From assembly GCA_964016885.1 (NCBI GenBank), contig OZ024742.1, positions 301,320,001 through 301,384,000 on the forward strand: 64,000 bases of DNA, in the 5' to 3' direction. Made by a program: the position numbers and the translations under genes. The notes below the pieces were generated by a model. The model was not told the origin of the DNA and searched no databases. It saw nothing but the letters and a program-made list of their open reading frames with translations. Each line of letters opens with the position of its first letter. Within the stretch, counting starts at the first letter, position 1. The stretch is from Eledone cirrhosa (lineage: Eukaryota). Positions 36,001-51,000 of this stretch are shown here, one piece after another.

Positions 36001-39000
36001 TGCCTATATTAGTAGGTGTGTCTATATCATTAGGTGTGTCTATATCAGTAGGTGTGCCTATATCAGTAGGTGTGTCTATATCAGTAGGTGTGTCTATATC
36101 AGTAGGTGTGTCTATATCAGTAGGTGTGTCTATATCAGTTGATGTGTCTATATCAGTAGGTGTGTCTATATCAGTTGATGTGTATATCAGTAGGTGTGCC
36201 TATATCAGTTGATGTGCCTATATTAGTAGGTGTGTCTATATCAGTAGGTGTGTCTATATCAGTAGGTGTGCCTATATCAGTAGGTGTGTCTATATCAGTA
36301 GGTGTGTCTATATCAGTAGGTGTGTCTATATCAGTAGGTGTGTCTATATCAGTAGGTGTGTCTATATCAGTTGATGTGTCTATATCAGTAGGTGTGTCTA
36401 TATCAGTAGGTGTGTCTATCAGTAGGTGTGTCTATATCAGTAGGTGTGTCTATATCAGTTGATGTGTCTATATCAGTAGGTGTGTCTATATCAGTTGATG
36501 TGCCTATATCAGTAGGTGTGCCTATATCAGTAGGTGTGTCTATATCAGTAGGTGTGTCTATATCAGTTGATGTGTCTATATCAGTAGGTGTGTCTATATC
36601 AGTTGATGTGTCTATATCAGTAGGTGTGTCTATATCAGTAGGTGTGCCTATATCAGTGGCTGTGTCTATATCAGTAGGTGTGCCGATATCAGTTGATGTG
36701 CCTATATCAGTAGGTGTGTCTATATCAGTAGGTGTGCCTATATCAGTTGGTGTGCCTATATCAGTAGGTGTGTCTATATCAGTTGATGTATCTATATCAG
36801 TAGGTGTGTCTATATCAGTTGATGTGCCTATATCAGTAGGTGTGTCTATATCAGTAGGTGTGTCTATATCAGTAGGTGTGTCTATATCAGTAGGTGTGTC
36901 TATATCATTTGATGTCTATATCAGTTGATGTGTCTATATCAGTAGGTGTGTCTATATCAGTAGGTGTGTCTATATCAGTAGGTGTGTCTATATCAGTAGG
37001 TGTGTCTATATCAGTAGGTGTGCCTATATCAGTTGATGTGTCTATATCAGTAGGTGTGTCTATATCAGTTGATGTGCCTATATCAGTAGGTGTGTCTATA
37101 TCAGTAGGTGTGCCTATATCAGTTGATGTGCCTATATCAGTAGGTGTGTCTATATCAGTAGGTGTGTCTATATCAGTAGGTGTGTCTATATCAGTTGATG
37201 TGCCTATATCAGTAGGTGTGTCTATATCAGTAGGTGTGCCTATATCAGTTGATGTGCCTATATCAGTAGGTGTGTCTATATCAGTAGGTGTGTCTATATC
37301 AGTAGGTGTGTCTATATCAGTAGGTGTGTCTATATCAGTAGGTGTGCCTATATCAGTTGATGTGTCTATATCAGTAGGTGTGTCTATATCAGTTGATGTG
37401 CCTATATCAGTAGGTGTGTCTATATCAGTAGGTGTGCCTATATCAGTTGATGTGCCTATATCAGTAGGTGTGTCTATATCAGTAGGTGTGTCTATATCAG
37501 TTGATGTGTCTATATCAGTTGATGTGCCTATATCAGTAGGTGTGTCTATATCAGTAGGTGTGTCTATATCAGTAGGTGTGTCTATATCAGTAGGTGTGTA
37601 TATATCAGTTGATGTGCCTATATCAGTAGGTGTGTCTATATCAGTAGGTGTGCCTATATCAGTTGATGTGCCTATATCAGTAGGTGTGTCTATAACAGTT
37701 GATCTGCCTATATCAGTTGATGTGCCTATATCAGTTGATGTGTCTATATGAGTAGGTGTGTCTATATCAGCAGGTGTGTCTATATCAGTAGGTGTGTCTA
37801 TATCAGTAGGTGTGTCTATATCAGTAGGTGTGCCTATATCAGTTGATGTGTCTATATCAGTTGATGTGTCTATATGAGTAGGTGTGTCTATATCAGTAGG
37901 TGTGTCTATATCAGTTGATGTGCCTATATCAGTAGGTGTGTCTATATCAGTAGGTGTGCCTATATCAGTTGATGTGCCTATATCAGTAGGTGTGTCTATA
38001 TCAGTAGGTGTGTCTATATCAGTTGATGTGTCTATATCAGTAGGTGTGTCTATATCAGTTGATGTGTATATCAGTAGGTGTGCCTATATCAGTTGATGTG
38101 CCTATATCAGTAGGTGTCTATATCAGTAGGTGTGTCTATATCAGTAGGTGTGCCTATATCAGTAGGTGTGTCTATATCAGTAGGTGTGTCTATATCAGTT
38201 GATGTGTCTATATCAGTAGGTGTGTCTATATCAGTAGGTGTGTCTATATCAGTAGGTGTGTCTATATCAGTTGATGTGTCTATATCAGTAGGTGTGTCTA
38301 TATCAGTTGATGTGTATATCAGTAGGTGTGCCTATATCAGTTGATGTGCCTATATTAGTAGGTGTGTCTATATCAGTAGGTGTGTCTATATCAGTAGGTG
38401 TGCCTATATCAGTAGGTGTGTTTATATCAGTAGGTGTGTCTATATCAGTAGGTGTGTCTATATCAGTAGGTGTGTCTATATCAGTAGGTGTGTCTATATC
38501 AGTTGATGTGTCTATATCAGTAGGTGTGTCTATATCAGTTGATGTGTATATCAGTAGGTGTGCCTATATCAGTTGATGTGCCTATATTAGTAGGTGTGTC
38601 TATATCAGTAGGTGTGTCTATATCAGTAGGTGTGCCTATATCAGTAGGTGTGTCTATATCAGTAGGTGTGTCTATATCAGTAGGTGTGTCTATATCAGTA
38701 GGTGTGTCTATATCAGTAGGTGTGTCTATATCAGTAGGTGTGTCTATATCAGTTGATGTGTCTATATCAGTAGGTGTGTCTATATCAGTAGGTGTGTCTA
38801 TCAGTAGGTGTGTCTATATCAGTAGGTGTGTCTATATCAGTTGATGTGTCTATATCAGTAGGTGTGTCTATATCAGTTGATGTGCCTATATCAGTAGGTG
38901 TGCCTATATCAGTAGGTGTGTCTATATCAGTAGGTGTGTCTATATCAGTTGATGTGTCTATATCAGTAGGTGTGTCTATATCAGTTGATGTGTCTATATC

Positions 39001-42000
39001 AGTAGGTGTGTCTATATCAGTAGGTGTGCCTATATCAGTGGCTGTGTCTATATCAGTAGGTGTGTCTATATCAGTTGATGTGCCTATATCAGTAGGTGTG
39101 TCTATATCAGTAGGTGTGCCTATATCAGTTGGTGTGCCTATATCAGTAGGTGTGTCTATATCAGTTGATGTATCTATATCAGTAGGTGTGTCTATATCAG
39201 TTGATGTGCCTATATCAGTAGGTGTGTCTATATCAGTAGGTGTGTCTATATCAGTAGGTGTGTCTATATCAGTAGGTGTGTCTATATCATTTGATGTGTC
39301 TATATCAGTTGATGTGTCTATATCAGTAGGTGTGTCTATATCAGTAGGTGTGTCTATATCAGTAGGTGTGTCTATATCAGTAGGTGTGTCTATATCAGTA
39401 GGTGTGCCTATATCAGTAGGTGTGTCTATATCAGTAGGTGTGTCTATATCAGTAGGTGTGTCTATATCAGTAGGTGTGTCTATATCAGTTGATGTGTCTA
39501 TATCAGTAGGTGTGTCTATATCAGTTGATGTGTATATCAGTAGGTGTGCCTATATCAGTTGATGTGCCTATATTAGTAGGTGTGTCTATATCAGTAGGTG
39601 TGTCTATATCAGTAGGTGTGCCTATATCAGTAGGTGTGTCTATATCAGTAGGTGTGTCTATATCAGTAGGTGTATCTATATCAGTAGGTGTGTCTATATC
39701 AGTTGATGTGTCTATATCAGTAGGTGTGTCTATATCAGTAGGTGTGTCTATCAGTAGGTGTGTCTATATCAGTAGGTGTGTCTATATCAGTTGATGTGTC
39801 TATATCAGTAGGTGTGTCTATATCAGTTGATGTGCCTATATCAGTAGGTGTGCCTATATCAGTAGGTGTGTCTATATCAGTAGGTGTGTCTATATCAGTT
39901 GATGTGTCTATATCAGTAGGTGTGTCTATATCAGTTGATGTGTCTATATCAGTAGGTGTGTCTATATCAGTAGGTGTGCCTATATCAGTGGCTGTGTCTA
40001 TATCAGTAGGTGTGCCTATATCAGTTGATGTGCCTATATCAGTAGGTGTGTCTATATCAGTAGGTGTGCCTATATCAGTTGGTGTGCCTATATCAGTAGG
40101 TGTGTCTATATCAGTTGATGTATCTATATCAGTAGGTGTGTCTATATCAGTTGATGTGCCTATATCAGTAGGTGTGTCTATATCAGTAGGTGTGTCTATA
40201 TCAGTAGGTGTGTCTATATCAGTAGGTGTGTCTATATCATTTGATGTCTATATCAGTTGATGTGTCTATATCAGTAGGTGTGTCTATATCAGTAGGTGTG
40301 TCTATATCAGTAGGTGTGTCTATATCAGTTGATGTGCCTATATCAGTAGGTGTGTCTATATCAGTAGGTGTGCCTATATCAGTTGATGTGCCTATATCAG
40401 TAGGTGTGTCTATATCAGTTGATGTGCCTATATCAGTAGGTGTGTCTATATCAGTAGGTGTGTCTATATCAGTAGGTGTGTCTATATCAGTAGGTGTGTC
40501 TATATCAGTAGGTGTGCCTATATCAGTTGATGTGTCTATATCAGTAGGTGTGTCTATATCAGTTGATGTGCCTATATCAGTAGGTGTGTCTGTATCAGTA
40601 GGTGTGCCTATATCAGTTGATGTGCCTATATCAGTAGGTGTGTCTATATCAGTAGGTGTGTCTATATCAGTTGATGTGTCTATATCAGTTGATGTGCCTA
40701 TATCAGTAGGTGTGTCTATATCAGTAGGTGTGTCTATATCAGTAGGTGTGTCTATATCAGTTGATGTGCCTATATCAGTAGGTGTGTCTATATCAGTAGG
40801 TGTGCCTATATCAGTTGATGTGCCTATATCAGTAGGTGTGTCTATAACAGTTGATCTGCCTATATCAGTTGATGTGCCTATATCAGTTGATGTGTCTATA
40901 TGAGTAGGTGTGTCTATATCAGTAGGTGTGTCTATATCAGTAGGTGTGTCTATATCAGTAGGTGTGTCTATATCAGTAGGTGTGCCTATATCAGTTGATG
41001 TGTCTATATCAGTTGATGTGTCTATATGAGTAGGTGTGTCTATATCAGTAGGTGTGTCTATATCAGTTGATGTGCCTATATCAGTAGGTGTGTCTATATC
41101 AGTAGGTGTGCCTATATCAGTTGATGTGCCTATATCAGTAGGTGTGTCTATATCAGTAGGTGTGTCTATATCAGTTGATGTGTCTATATCAGTAGGTGTG
41201 TCTATATCAGTTGATGTGTATATCAGTAGGTGTGCCTATATCAGTTGATAGGCCTATATCAGTAGGTGTGTCTATATCAGTAGGTGTGTCTATATCAGTA
41301 GGTGTGCCTATATCAGTAGGTGTGTCTATATCAGTAGGTGTGTCTATATCAGTTGATGTGTCTATATCAGTAGGTGTGTCTATATCAGTAGGTGTGTCTA
41401 TATCAGTAGGTGTGTCTATATCAGTTGATGTGTCTATATCAGTAGGTGTGTCTATATCAGTTGATGTGTATATCAGTAGGTGTGCCTATATCAGTTGATG
41501 TGCCTATATTAGTAGGTGTGTCTATATCAGTAGGTGTGTCTATATCAGTAGGTGTGCCTATATCAGTAGGTGTGTCTATATCAGTAGGTGTGTCTATATC
41601 AGTAGGTGTGTCTATATCAGTAGGTGTGTCTATATCAGTTGATGTGTCTATATCAGTAGGTGTGTCTATATCAGTTGATGTGTATATCAGTAGGTGTGCC
41701 TATATCAGTTGATGTGCCTATATTAGTAGGTGTGTCTATATCAGTAGGTGTGTCTATATCAGTAGGTGTGCCTATATCAGTAGGTGTGTCTATATCAGTA
41801 GGTGTGTCTATATCAGTAGGTGTGTCTATATCAGTAGGTGTGTCTATATCAGTAGGTGTGTCTATATCAGTAGGTGTGTCTATATCAGTTGATGTGTCTA
41901 TATCAGTAGGTGTGTCTATATCAGTAGGTGTGTCTATCAGTAGGTGTGTCTATATCAGTAGGTGTGTCTATATCAGTTGATGTGTCTATATCAGTAGGTG

Positions 42001-45000
42001 TGTCTATATCAGTTGATGTGCCTATATCAGTAGGTGTGCCTATATCAGTAGGTGTGTCTATATCAGTAGGTGTGTCTATATCAGTTGATGTGTCTATATC
42101 AGTAGGTGTGTCTATATCAGTTGATGTGCCTATATCAGTAGGTGTGTCTATATCAGTAGGTGTGTCTATATCAGTTGATGTGTCTATATCAGTAGGTGTG
42201 CCTATATCAGTTGATGTCCCTATATCAGTAGGTGTGTCTATATCAGTAGGTGTGTCTATATCAGTTGATGTGTCTATATCAGTAGGTGTGCCTATATCAG
42301 TTGATGTCCCTATATCAGTAGGTGTGTCTATATCAGTAGGTGTGTCTATATCAGTAGGTGTGCCTATATCAGTAGGTGTGCCTATATCAGTTGATGTGTC
42401 TATATCAGTTCATGTGCCTATATCAGTAGGTGTGTCTATATCAGTTGATGTCCCTATATCAGTAGGTGTGTCTATATCAGTTGATGTGCCTATATCAGTA
42501 GGTGTGTCTATATCAGTAGGTGTGTCTATATCAGTTGATGTGTCTATATCAGTAGGTGTGTCTATATCAGTTGATGTGCCTATATCAGTAGGTGTGTCTA
42601 TATCAGTAGGTGTGCCTATATCAGTAGGTGTGTCTATATCAGTAGGTATGTCTATATCAGTTGATGTGTCTATACTAGTAGGTGTGTCTATATCAGTAGG
42701 TGTGTCTATATCAGTTGATGTGCCTATATCAGTAGGTGTGTCTATATCAGTTGATGTGTCTATATCAGTAGGTGTGTCTATAACAGTTGATCTGCCTATA
42801 TCAGTAGGTGTGTCTATATCAGTAGGTGTGCCTATATCAGTTGATGTGCCTATATCAGTAGGTGTGTCTATATCAGTTGATGTGTCTATATGAGTAGGTG
42901 TGTCTATATCAGTAGGTGTGTCTATATCAGTTGATGTGCCTATATCAGTAGGTGTGTTTATATCAGTAGGTGTGCCTATATCAGTTGATGTGCCTATATC
43001 AGTAGGTGTGTCTATATCAGTAGGTGTGTCTATATCAGTTGATGTGCCTATATCAGTAGGTGTGTCTATATCAGTAGGTGTGCCTATATCAGTTGATGTG
43101 CCTATATCAGTAGGTGTGTCTATATCAGTTGATGTGTCTATATGAGTAGGTGTGTCTATATCAGTAGGTGTGTCTATATCAGTTGATGTGCCTATATCAG
43201 TAGGTGTGTCTATATCAGTAGGTGTGCCTATATCAGTTGATGTGCCTATATCAGTAGGTGTGTCTATATCAGTAGGTGTGTCTATATCAGTTGATGTGTC
43301 TATATCAGTAGGTGTGTCTATATCAGTTGATGTGTATATCAGTAGGTGTGCCTATATCAGTTGATGTGCCTATATCAGTAGGTGTGTCTATATCAGTAGG
43401 TGTGTCTATATCAGTAGGTGTGCCTATATCAGTAGGTGTGTCTATATCAGTTGGTGTGTCTATATCAGTAGGTGTGTCTATATCAGTAGGTGTGTCTATA
43501 TCAGTAGGTGTGTCTATATCAGTTGATGTGTCTATATCAGTAGGTGTGTCTATATCAGTTGATGTGTATATCAGTAGGTGTGCCTATATCAGTTGATGTG
43601 CCTATATTAGTAGGTGTGTCTATATCAGTAGGTGTGTCTATATCAGTAGGTGTGCCTATATCAGTAGGTGTGTCTATATCAGTAGGTGTGTCTATATCAG
43701 TAGGTGTGTCTATATCAGTAGGTGTGTCTATATCAGTAGGTGTGTCTATATCAGTAGGTGTGTCTATATCAGTTGATGTGTCTATATCAGTAGGTGTGTC
43801 TATATCAGTAGGTGTGTCTATCAGTAGGTGTGTCTATATCAGTAGGTGTGTCTATATCAGTTGATGTGTCTATATCAGTAGGTGTGTCTATATCAGTTGA
43901 TGTGTCTATATCAGTAGGTGTGTCTATATCAGTAGGTGTGCCTATATCAGTGGCTGTGTCTATATCAGTAGGTGTGTCTATATCAGTTGATGTGCCTATA
44001 TCAGTAGGTGTGTCTATATCAGTAGGTGTGCCTATATCAGTTGGTGTGCCTATATCAGTAGGTGTGTCTATATCAGTTGATGTATCTATATCAGTAGGTG
44101 TGTCTATATCAGTTGATGTGCCTATATCAGTAGGTGTGTCTATATCAGTAGGTGTGTCTATATCAGTAGGTGTGTCTATATCAGTAGGTGTGTCTATATC
44201 ATTTGATGTGTCTATATCAGTTGATGTGTCTATATCAGTAGGTGTGTCTATATCAGTAGGTGTGTCTATATCAGTAGGTGTGTCTATATCAGTAGGTGTG
44301 TCTATATCAGTAGGTGTGCCTATATCAGTTGATGTGTCTATATCAGTAGGTGTGTCTATATCAGTTGATGTGCCTATATCAGTAGGTGTGTCTATATCAG
44401 TAGGTGTGCCTATATCAGTTGATGTGCCTATATCAGTAGCTGTGTCTATATCAGTAGGTGTGTCTATATCAGTAGGTGTGTCTATATCAGTTGATGTGCC
44501 TATATCAGTAGGTGTGTCTATATCAGTAGGTGTGCCTATATCAGTTGATGTGCCTATATCAGTAGATGTGTCTATATCAGTAGGTGTGTCTATATCAGTA
44601 GGTGTGTCTATATCAGTAGGTGTGTCTATATCAGTAGGTGTGCCTATATCAGTTGATGTGTCTATATCAGTACGTGTGTCTATATCAGTTGATGTGCCTA
44701 TATCAGTAGGTGTGTCTATATCAGTAGGTGTGCCTATATCAGTTGATGTGCCTATATCAGTAGGTGTGTCTATATCAGTAGGTGTGTCTATATCAGTTGA
44801 TGTGCCTATATCAGTAGGTGTGTCTATATTAGTAGGTGTGTCTATATCAGTTGATGTGTTTATATCAGTTGATGTGTCTATATCAGTAGGTGTGTCTATA
44901 TCAGTTGATGTGCCTATATCAGTAGGTGTGTCTATATCAGTTGATGTGTCTATATCAGTAGGTGTGTCTATATCAGTTGATGTGTCTATATCAGTAGGTG

Positions 45001-48000
45001 TGTCTATATCAGTAGGTGTGCCTATATCAGTGGCTGTGTCTATATCAGTAGGTGTGTCTATATCAGTTGATGTGCCTATATCAGTAGGTGTGTCTATATC
45101 AGTAGGTGTGCCTATATCAGTTGGTGTGCCTATATCAGTAGGTGTGTCTATATCAGTTGATGTATCTATATCAGTAGGTGTGTCTATATCAGTTGATGTG
45201 CCTATATCAGTAGGTGTGTCTATATCAGTAGGTGTGTCTATATCAGTAGGTGTGTCTATATCAGTAGGTGTGTCTATATCATTCGATGTGTCTATATCAG
45301 TTGATGTGTCTATATCAGTAGGTGTGTCTATATCAGTAGGTGTGTCTATATCAGTAGGTGTGTCTATATCAGTAGGTGTGTCTATATCAGTAGGTGTGCC
45401 TATATCAGTTGATGTGTCTATATCAGTAGGTGTGTCTATATCAGTTGATGTGCCTATATCAGTAGGTGTGTCTATATCAGTAGGTGTGCCTATATCAGTT
45501 GATGTGCCTATATCAGTAGCTGTGTCTATATCAGTAGGTGTGTCTATATCAGTAGGTGTGTCTATATCAGTTGATGTGCCTATATCAGTAGGTGTGTCTA
45601 TATCAGTAGGTGTGCCTATATCAGTTGATGTGCCTATATCAGTAGATGTGTCTATATCAGTAGGTGTGTCTATATCAGTAGGTGTGTCTATATCAGTAGG
45701 TGTGTCTATATCAGTAGGTGTGCCTATATCAGTTGATGTGTCTATATCAGTAGGTGTGTCTATATCAGTTGATGTGCCTATATCAGTAGGTGTGTCTATA
45801 TCAGTAGGTGTGCCTATATCAGTTGATGTGCCTATATCAGTAGGTGTGTCTATATCAGTAGGTGTGTCTATATCAGTTGATGTGCCTATATCAGTAGGTG
45901 TGTCTATATTAGTAGGTGTGTCTATATCAGTTGATGTGTTTATATCAGTTGATGTGTCTATATCAGTAGGTGTGTCTATATCAGTTGATGTGCCTATATC
46001 AGTAGGTGTGTCTATATCAGTAGGTGTGTCTATATCAGTAGGTGTGTCTATATCAGTTGATGTGCCTATATCAGTAGGTGTGTCTATATCAGTAGGTGTG
46101 TCTATATCAGTTGATGTGCCTATATCAGTAGGTGTGTCTATATCAGTAGGTGTGTCTATATCAGTAGGTGTGTCTATATCAGTTGATGTGCCTATATCAG
46201 TAGGTGTGTCTATATCAGTAGGTGTGTCTATATCAGTAGGTGTGTCTATATCAGTTGATGTGCCTATATCAGTAGGTGTGTCTATATCAGTAGGTGTGTC
46301 TATATCAGTTGATGTGTCTATATCAGTAGGTGTGCCTATATCAGTTGATGTCCCTATATCAGTAGGTGTGTCTATATCAGTAGGTGTGTCTATATCAGTT
46401 GATGTGTCTATATCAGTAGGTGTGCCTATATCAGTTGATGTCCCTATATCAGTAGGTGTGTCTATATCAGTAGGTGTGTCTATATCAGTAGGTGTGCCTA
46501 TATCAGTAGGTGTGCCTATATCAGTTGATGTGTCTATATCAGTTCATGTGCCTATATCAGTAGGTGTGTCTATATCAGTTGATGTCCCTATATCAGTAGG
46601 TGTGTCTATATCAGTTGATGTGCCTATATCAGTAGGTGTGTCTATATCAGTAAATGTGTCTATATCAGTTGATGTGTCTATATCAGTAGGTGTGTCTATA
46701 TCAGTTGATGTGCCTATATCAGTAGGTGTGTCTATATCAGTAGGTGTGCCTATATCAGTAGGTGTGTCTATATCAGTAGGTATGTCTATATCAGTTGATG
46801 TGTCTATATTAGTAGGTGTGTCTATATCAGTAGGTGTGTCTATATCAGTTGATGTGCCTATATCAGTAGGTGTGTCTATATCAGTTGATGTGTCTATATC
46901 AGTAGGTGTGTCTATAACAGTTGATCTGCCTATATCAGTAGGTGTGTCTATATCAGTAGGTGTGCCTATATCAGTTGATGTGCCTATATCAGTAGGTGTG
47001 TCTATATCAGTTGATGTGTCTATATGAGTAGGTGTGTCTATATCAGTAGGTGTGTCTATATCAGTTGATGTGCCTATATCAGTAGGTGTGTTTATATCAG
47101 TAGGTGTGCCTATATCAGTTGATGTGCCTATATCAGTAGGTGTGTCTATATCAGTAGGTGTGTCTATATCAGTTGATGTGCCTATATCAGTAGGTGTGTC
47201 TATATCAGTAGGTGTGCCTATATCAGTTGATGTGCCTATATCAGTAGGTGTGTCTATATCAGTTGATGTGTCTATATGAGTAGGTGTGTCTATATCAGTA
47301 GGTGTGTCTATATCAGTTGATGTGCCTATATCAGTAGGTGTGTCTATATCAGTAGGTGTGCCTATATCAGTTGATGTGCCTATATCAGTAGGTGTGTCTA
47401 TATCAGTAGGTGTGTCTATATCAGTTGATGTGTCTATATCAGTAGGTGTGTCTATATCAGTTGATGTGTATATCAGTAGGTGTGCCTATATCAGTTGATG
47501 TGCCTATATCAGTAGGTGTGTCTATATCAGTAGGTGTGTCTATATCAGTAGGTGTGCCTATATCAGTAGGTGTGTCTATATCAGTAGGTGTGTCTATATC
47601 AGTAGGTGTGTCTATATCAGTAGGTGTGTCTATATCAGTAGGTGTGTCTATATCAGTTGATGTGTCTATATCAGTAGGTGTGTCTATATCAGTTGATGTG
47701 TATATCAGTAGGTGTGTCTATATCAGTAGGTGTGTCTATATCAGTAGGTGTGTCTATATCAGTAGGTGTGTCTATATCAGTAGGTGTGTCTATATCAGTA
47801 GGTGTGTCTATATCAGTTGATGTGTCTATATCAGTAGGTGTGTCTATATCAGTAGGTGTGTCTATCAGTAGGTGTGTCTATATCAGTAGGTGTGTCTATA
47901 TCAGTTGATGTGTCTATATCAGTAGGTGTGTCTATATCAGTTGATGTGCCTATATCAGTAGGTGTGCCTATATCAGTAGGTGTGTCTATATCAGTAGGTG

Positions 48001-51000
48001 TGTCTATATCAGTTGATGTGTCTATATCAGTAGGTGTGTCTATATCAGTTGATGTGTCTATATCAGTAGGTGTGTCTATATCAGTAGGTGTGCCTATATC
48101 AGTGGCTGTGTCTATATCAGTAGGTGTGTCTATATCAGTTGATGTGCCTATATCAGTAGGTGTGTCTATATCAGTAGGTGTGCCTATATCAGTTGGTGTG
48201 CCTATATCAGTAGGTGTGTCTATATCAGTTGATGTATCTATATCAGTAGGTGTGTCTATATCAGTTGATGTGCCTATATCAGTAGGTGTGTCTATATCAG
48301 TAGGTGTGTCTATATCAGTAGGTGTGTCTATATCAGTAGGTGTGTCTATATCATTTGATGTGTCTATATCAGTTGATGTGTCTATATCAGTAGGTGTGTC
48401 TATATCAGTAGGTGTGTCTATATCAGTAGGTGTGTCTATATCAGTAGGTGTGTCTATATCAGTAGGTGTGCCTATATCAGTTGATGTGTCTATATCAGTA
48501 GGTGTGTCTATATCAGTTGATGTGCCTATATCAGTAGGTGTGTCTATATCAGTAGGTGTGCCTATATCAGTTGATGTGCCTATATCAGTAGCTGTGTCTA
48601 TATCAGTAGGTGTGTCTATATCAGTAGGTGTGTCTATATCAGTTGATGTGCCTATATCAGTAGGTGTGTCTATATCAGTAGGTGTGCCTATATCAGTTGA
48701 TGTGCCTATATCAGTAGATGTGTCTATATCAGTAGGTGTGTCTATATCAGTAGGTGTGTCTATATCAGTAGGTGTGTCTATATCAGTAGGTGTGCCTATA
48801 TCAGTTGATGTGTCTATATCAGTACGTGTGTCTATATCAGTTGATGTGCCTATATCAGTAGGTGTGTCTATATCAGTAGGTGTGCCTATATCAGTTGATG
48901 TGCCTATATCAGTAGGTGTGTCTATATCAGTAGGTGTGTCTATATCAGTTGATGTGCCTATATCAGTAGGTGTGTCTATATTAGTAGGTGTGTCTATATC
49001 AGTTGATGTGTTTATATCAGTTGATGTGTCTATATCAGTAGGTGTGTCTATATCAGTTGATGTGCCTATATCAGTAGGTGTGTCTATATCAGTAGGTGTG
49101 TCTATATCAGTAGGTGTGCCTATATCAGTAGGTGTGTCTATATCAGTAGGTGTGTCTATATCAGTTGATGTGCCTATATCAGTAGGTGTGTCTATATCAG
49201 TAGGTGTGTCTATATCAGTAGGTGTGTCTATATCAGTTGATGTGCCTATATCAGTAGGTGTGTCTATATCAGTAGGTGTGTCTATATCAGTAGGTGTGTC
49301 TATATCAGTTGATGTGCCTATATCAGTAGGTGTGTCTATATCAGTAGGTGTGTCTATATCAGTTGATGTGTCTATATCAGTAGGTGTGCCTATATCAGTT
49401 GATGTCCCTATATCAGTAGGTGTGTCTATATCAGTAGGTGTGTCTATATCAGTTGATGTGTCTATATCAGTAGGTGTGCCTATATCAGTTGATGTCCCTA
49501 TATCAGTAGGTGTGTCTATATCAGTAGGTGTGTCTATATCAGTAGGTGTGCCTATATCAGTAGGTGTGCCTATATCAGTTGATGTGTCTATATCAGTTCA
49601 TGTGCCTATATCAGTAGGTGTGTCTATATCAGTTGATGTCCCTATATCAGTAGGTGTGTCTATATCAGTTGATGTGCCTATATCAGTAGGTGTGTCTATA
49701 TCAGTAGGTGTGTCTATATCAGTTGATGTGTCTATATCAGTAGGTGTGTCTATATCAGTTGATGTGCCTATATCAGTAGGTGTGTCTATATCAGTAGGTG
49801 TGCCTATATCAGTAGGTGTGTCTATATCAGTAGGTATGTCTATATCAGTTGATGTGTCTATATTAGTAGGTGTGTCTATATCAGTATGTGTGTCTATATC
49901 AGTTGATGTGCCTATATCAGTAGGTGTGTCTATATCAGTTGATGTGTCTATATCAGTAGGTGTGTCTATAACAGTTGATCTGCCTATATCAGTAGGTGTT
50001 TCTATATCAGTAGGTGTGCCTATATCAGTTGATGTGCCTATATCAGTAGGTGTGTCTATATCAGTTGATGTGTCTATATGAGTAGGTGTGTCTATATCAG
50101 TAGGTGTGTCTATATCAGTTGATGTGCCTATATCAGTAGGTGTGTTTATATCAGTAGGTGTGCCTATATCAGTTGATGTGCCTATATCAGTAGGTGTGTC
50201 TATATCAGTAGGTGTGTCTATATCAGTTGATGTGCCTATATCAGTAGGTGTGTCTATATCAGTAGGTGTGCCTATATCAGTTGATGTGCCTATATCAGTA
50301 GGTGTGTCTATATCAGTTGATGTGTCTATATCAGTAGGTGTGTCTATATCAGTAGGTGTGTCTATATCAGTTGATGTGCCTATATCAGTAGGTGTGTCTA
50401 TATCAGTAGGTGTGCCTATATCAGTTGATGTGCCTATATCAGTAGGTGTGTCTATATCAGTAGGTGTGTCTATATCAGTTGATGTGTCTATATCAGTAGG
50501 TGTGTCTATATCAGTTGATGTGTATATCAGTAGGTGTGCCTATATCAGTTGATGTGCCTATATCAGTAGGTGTGTCTATATCAGTAGGTGTGTCTATATC
50601 AGTAGGTGTGCCTATATCAGTAGGTGTGTCTATATCAGTAGGTGTGTCTATATCAGTTGATGTGTCTATATCAGTAGGTGTGTCTATATCAGTAGGTGTG
50701 TATATATCAGTAGGTGTGTCTATATCAGTAGGTGTGTCTATATCAGTAGGTGTGTCTATATCATTTGATGTGTCTATATCAGTTGATGTGTCTATATCAG
50801 TAGGTGTGTCTATATCAGTTGATGTGCCTATATCAGTAGGTGTGTCTATATCAGTAGGTGTGCCTATATCAGTTGGTGTGCCTATATCAGTAGGTGTGTC
50901 TATATCAGTTGATGTATCTATATCAGTAGGTGTGTCTATATCAGTTGATGTGCCTATATCAGTAGGTGTGTCTATATCAGTAGGTGTGTCTATATCAGTA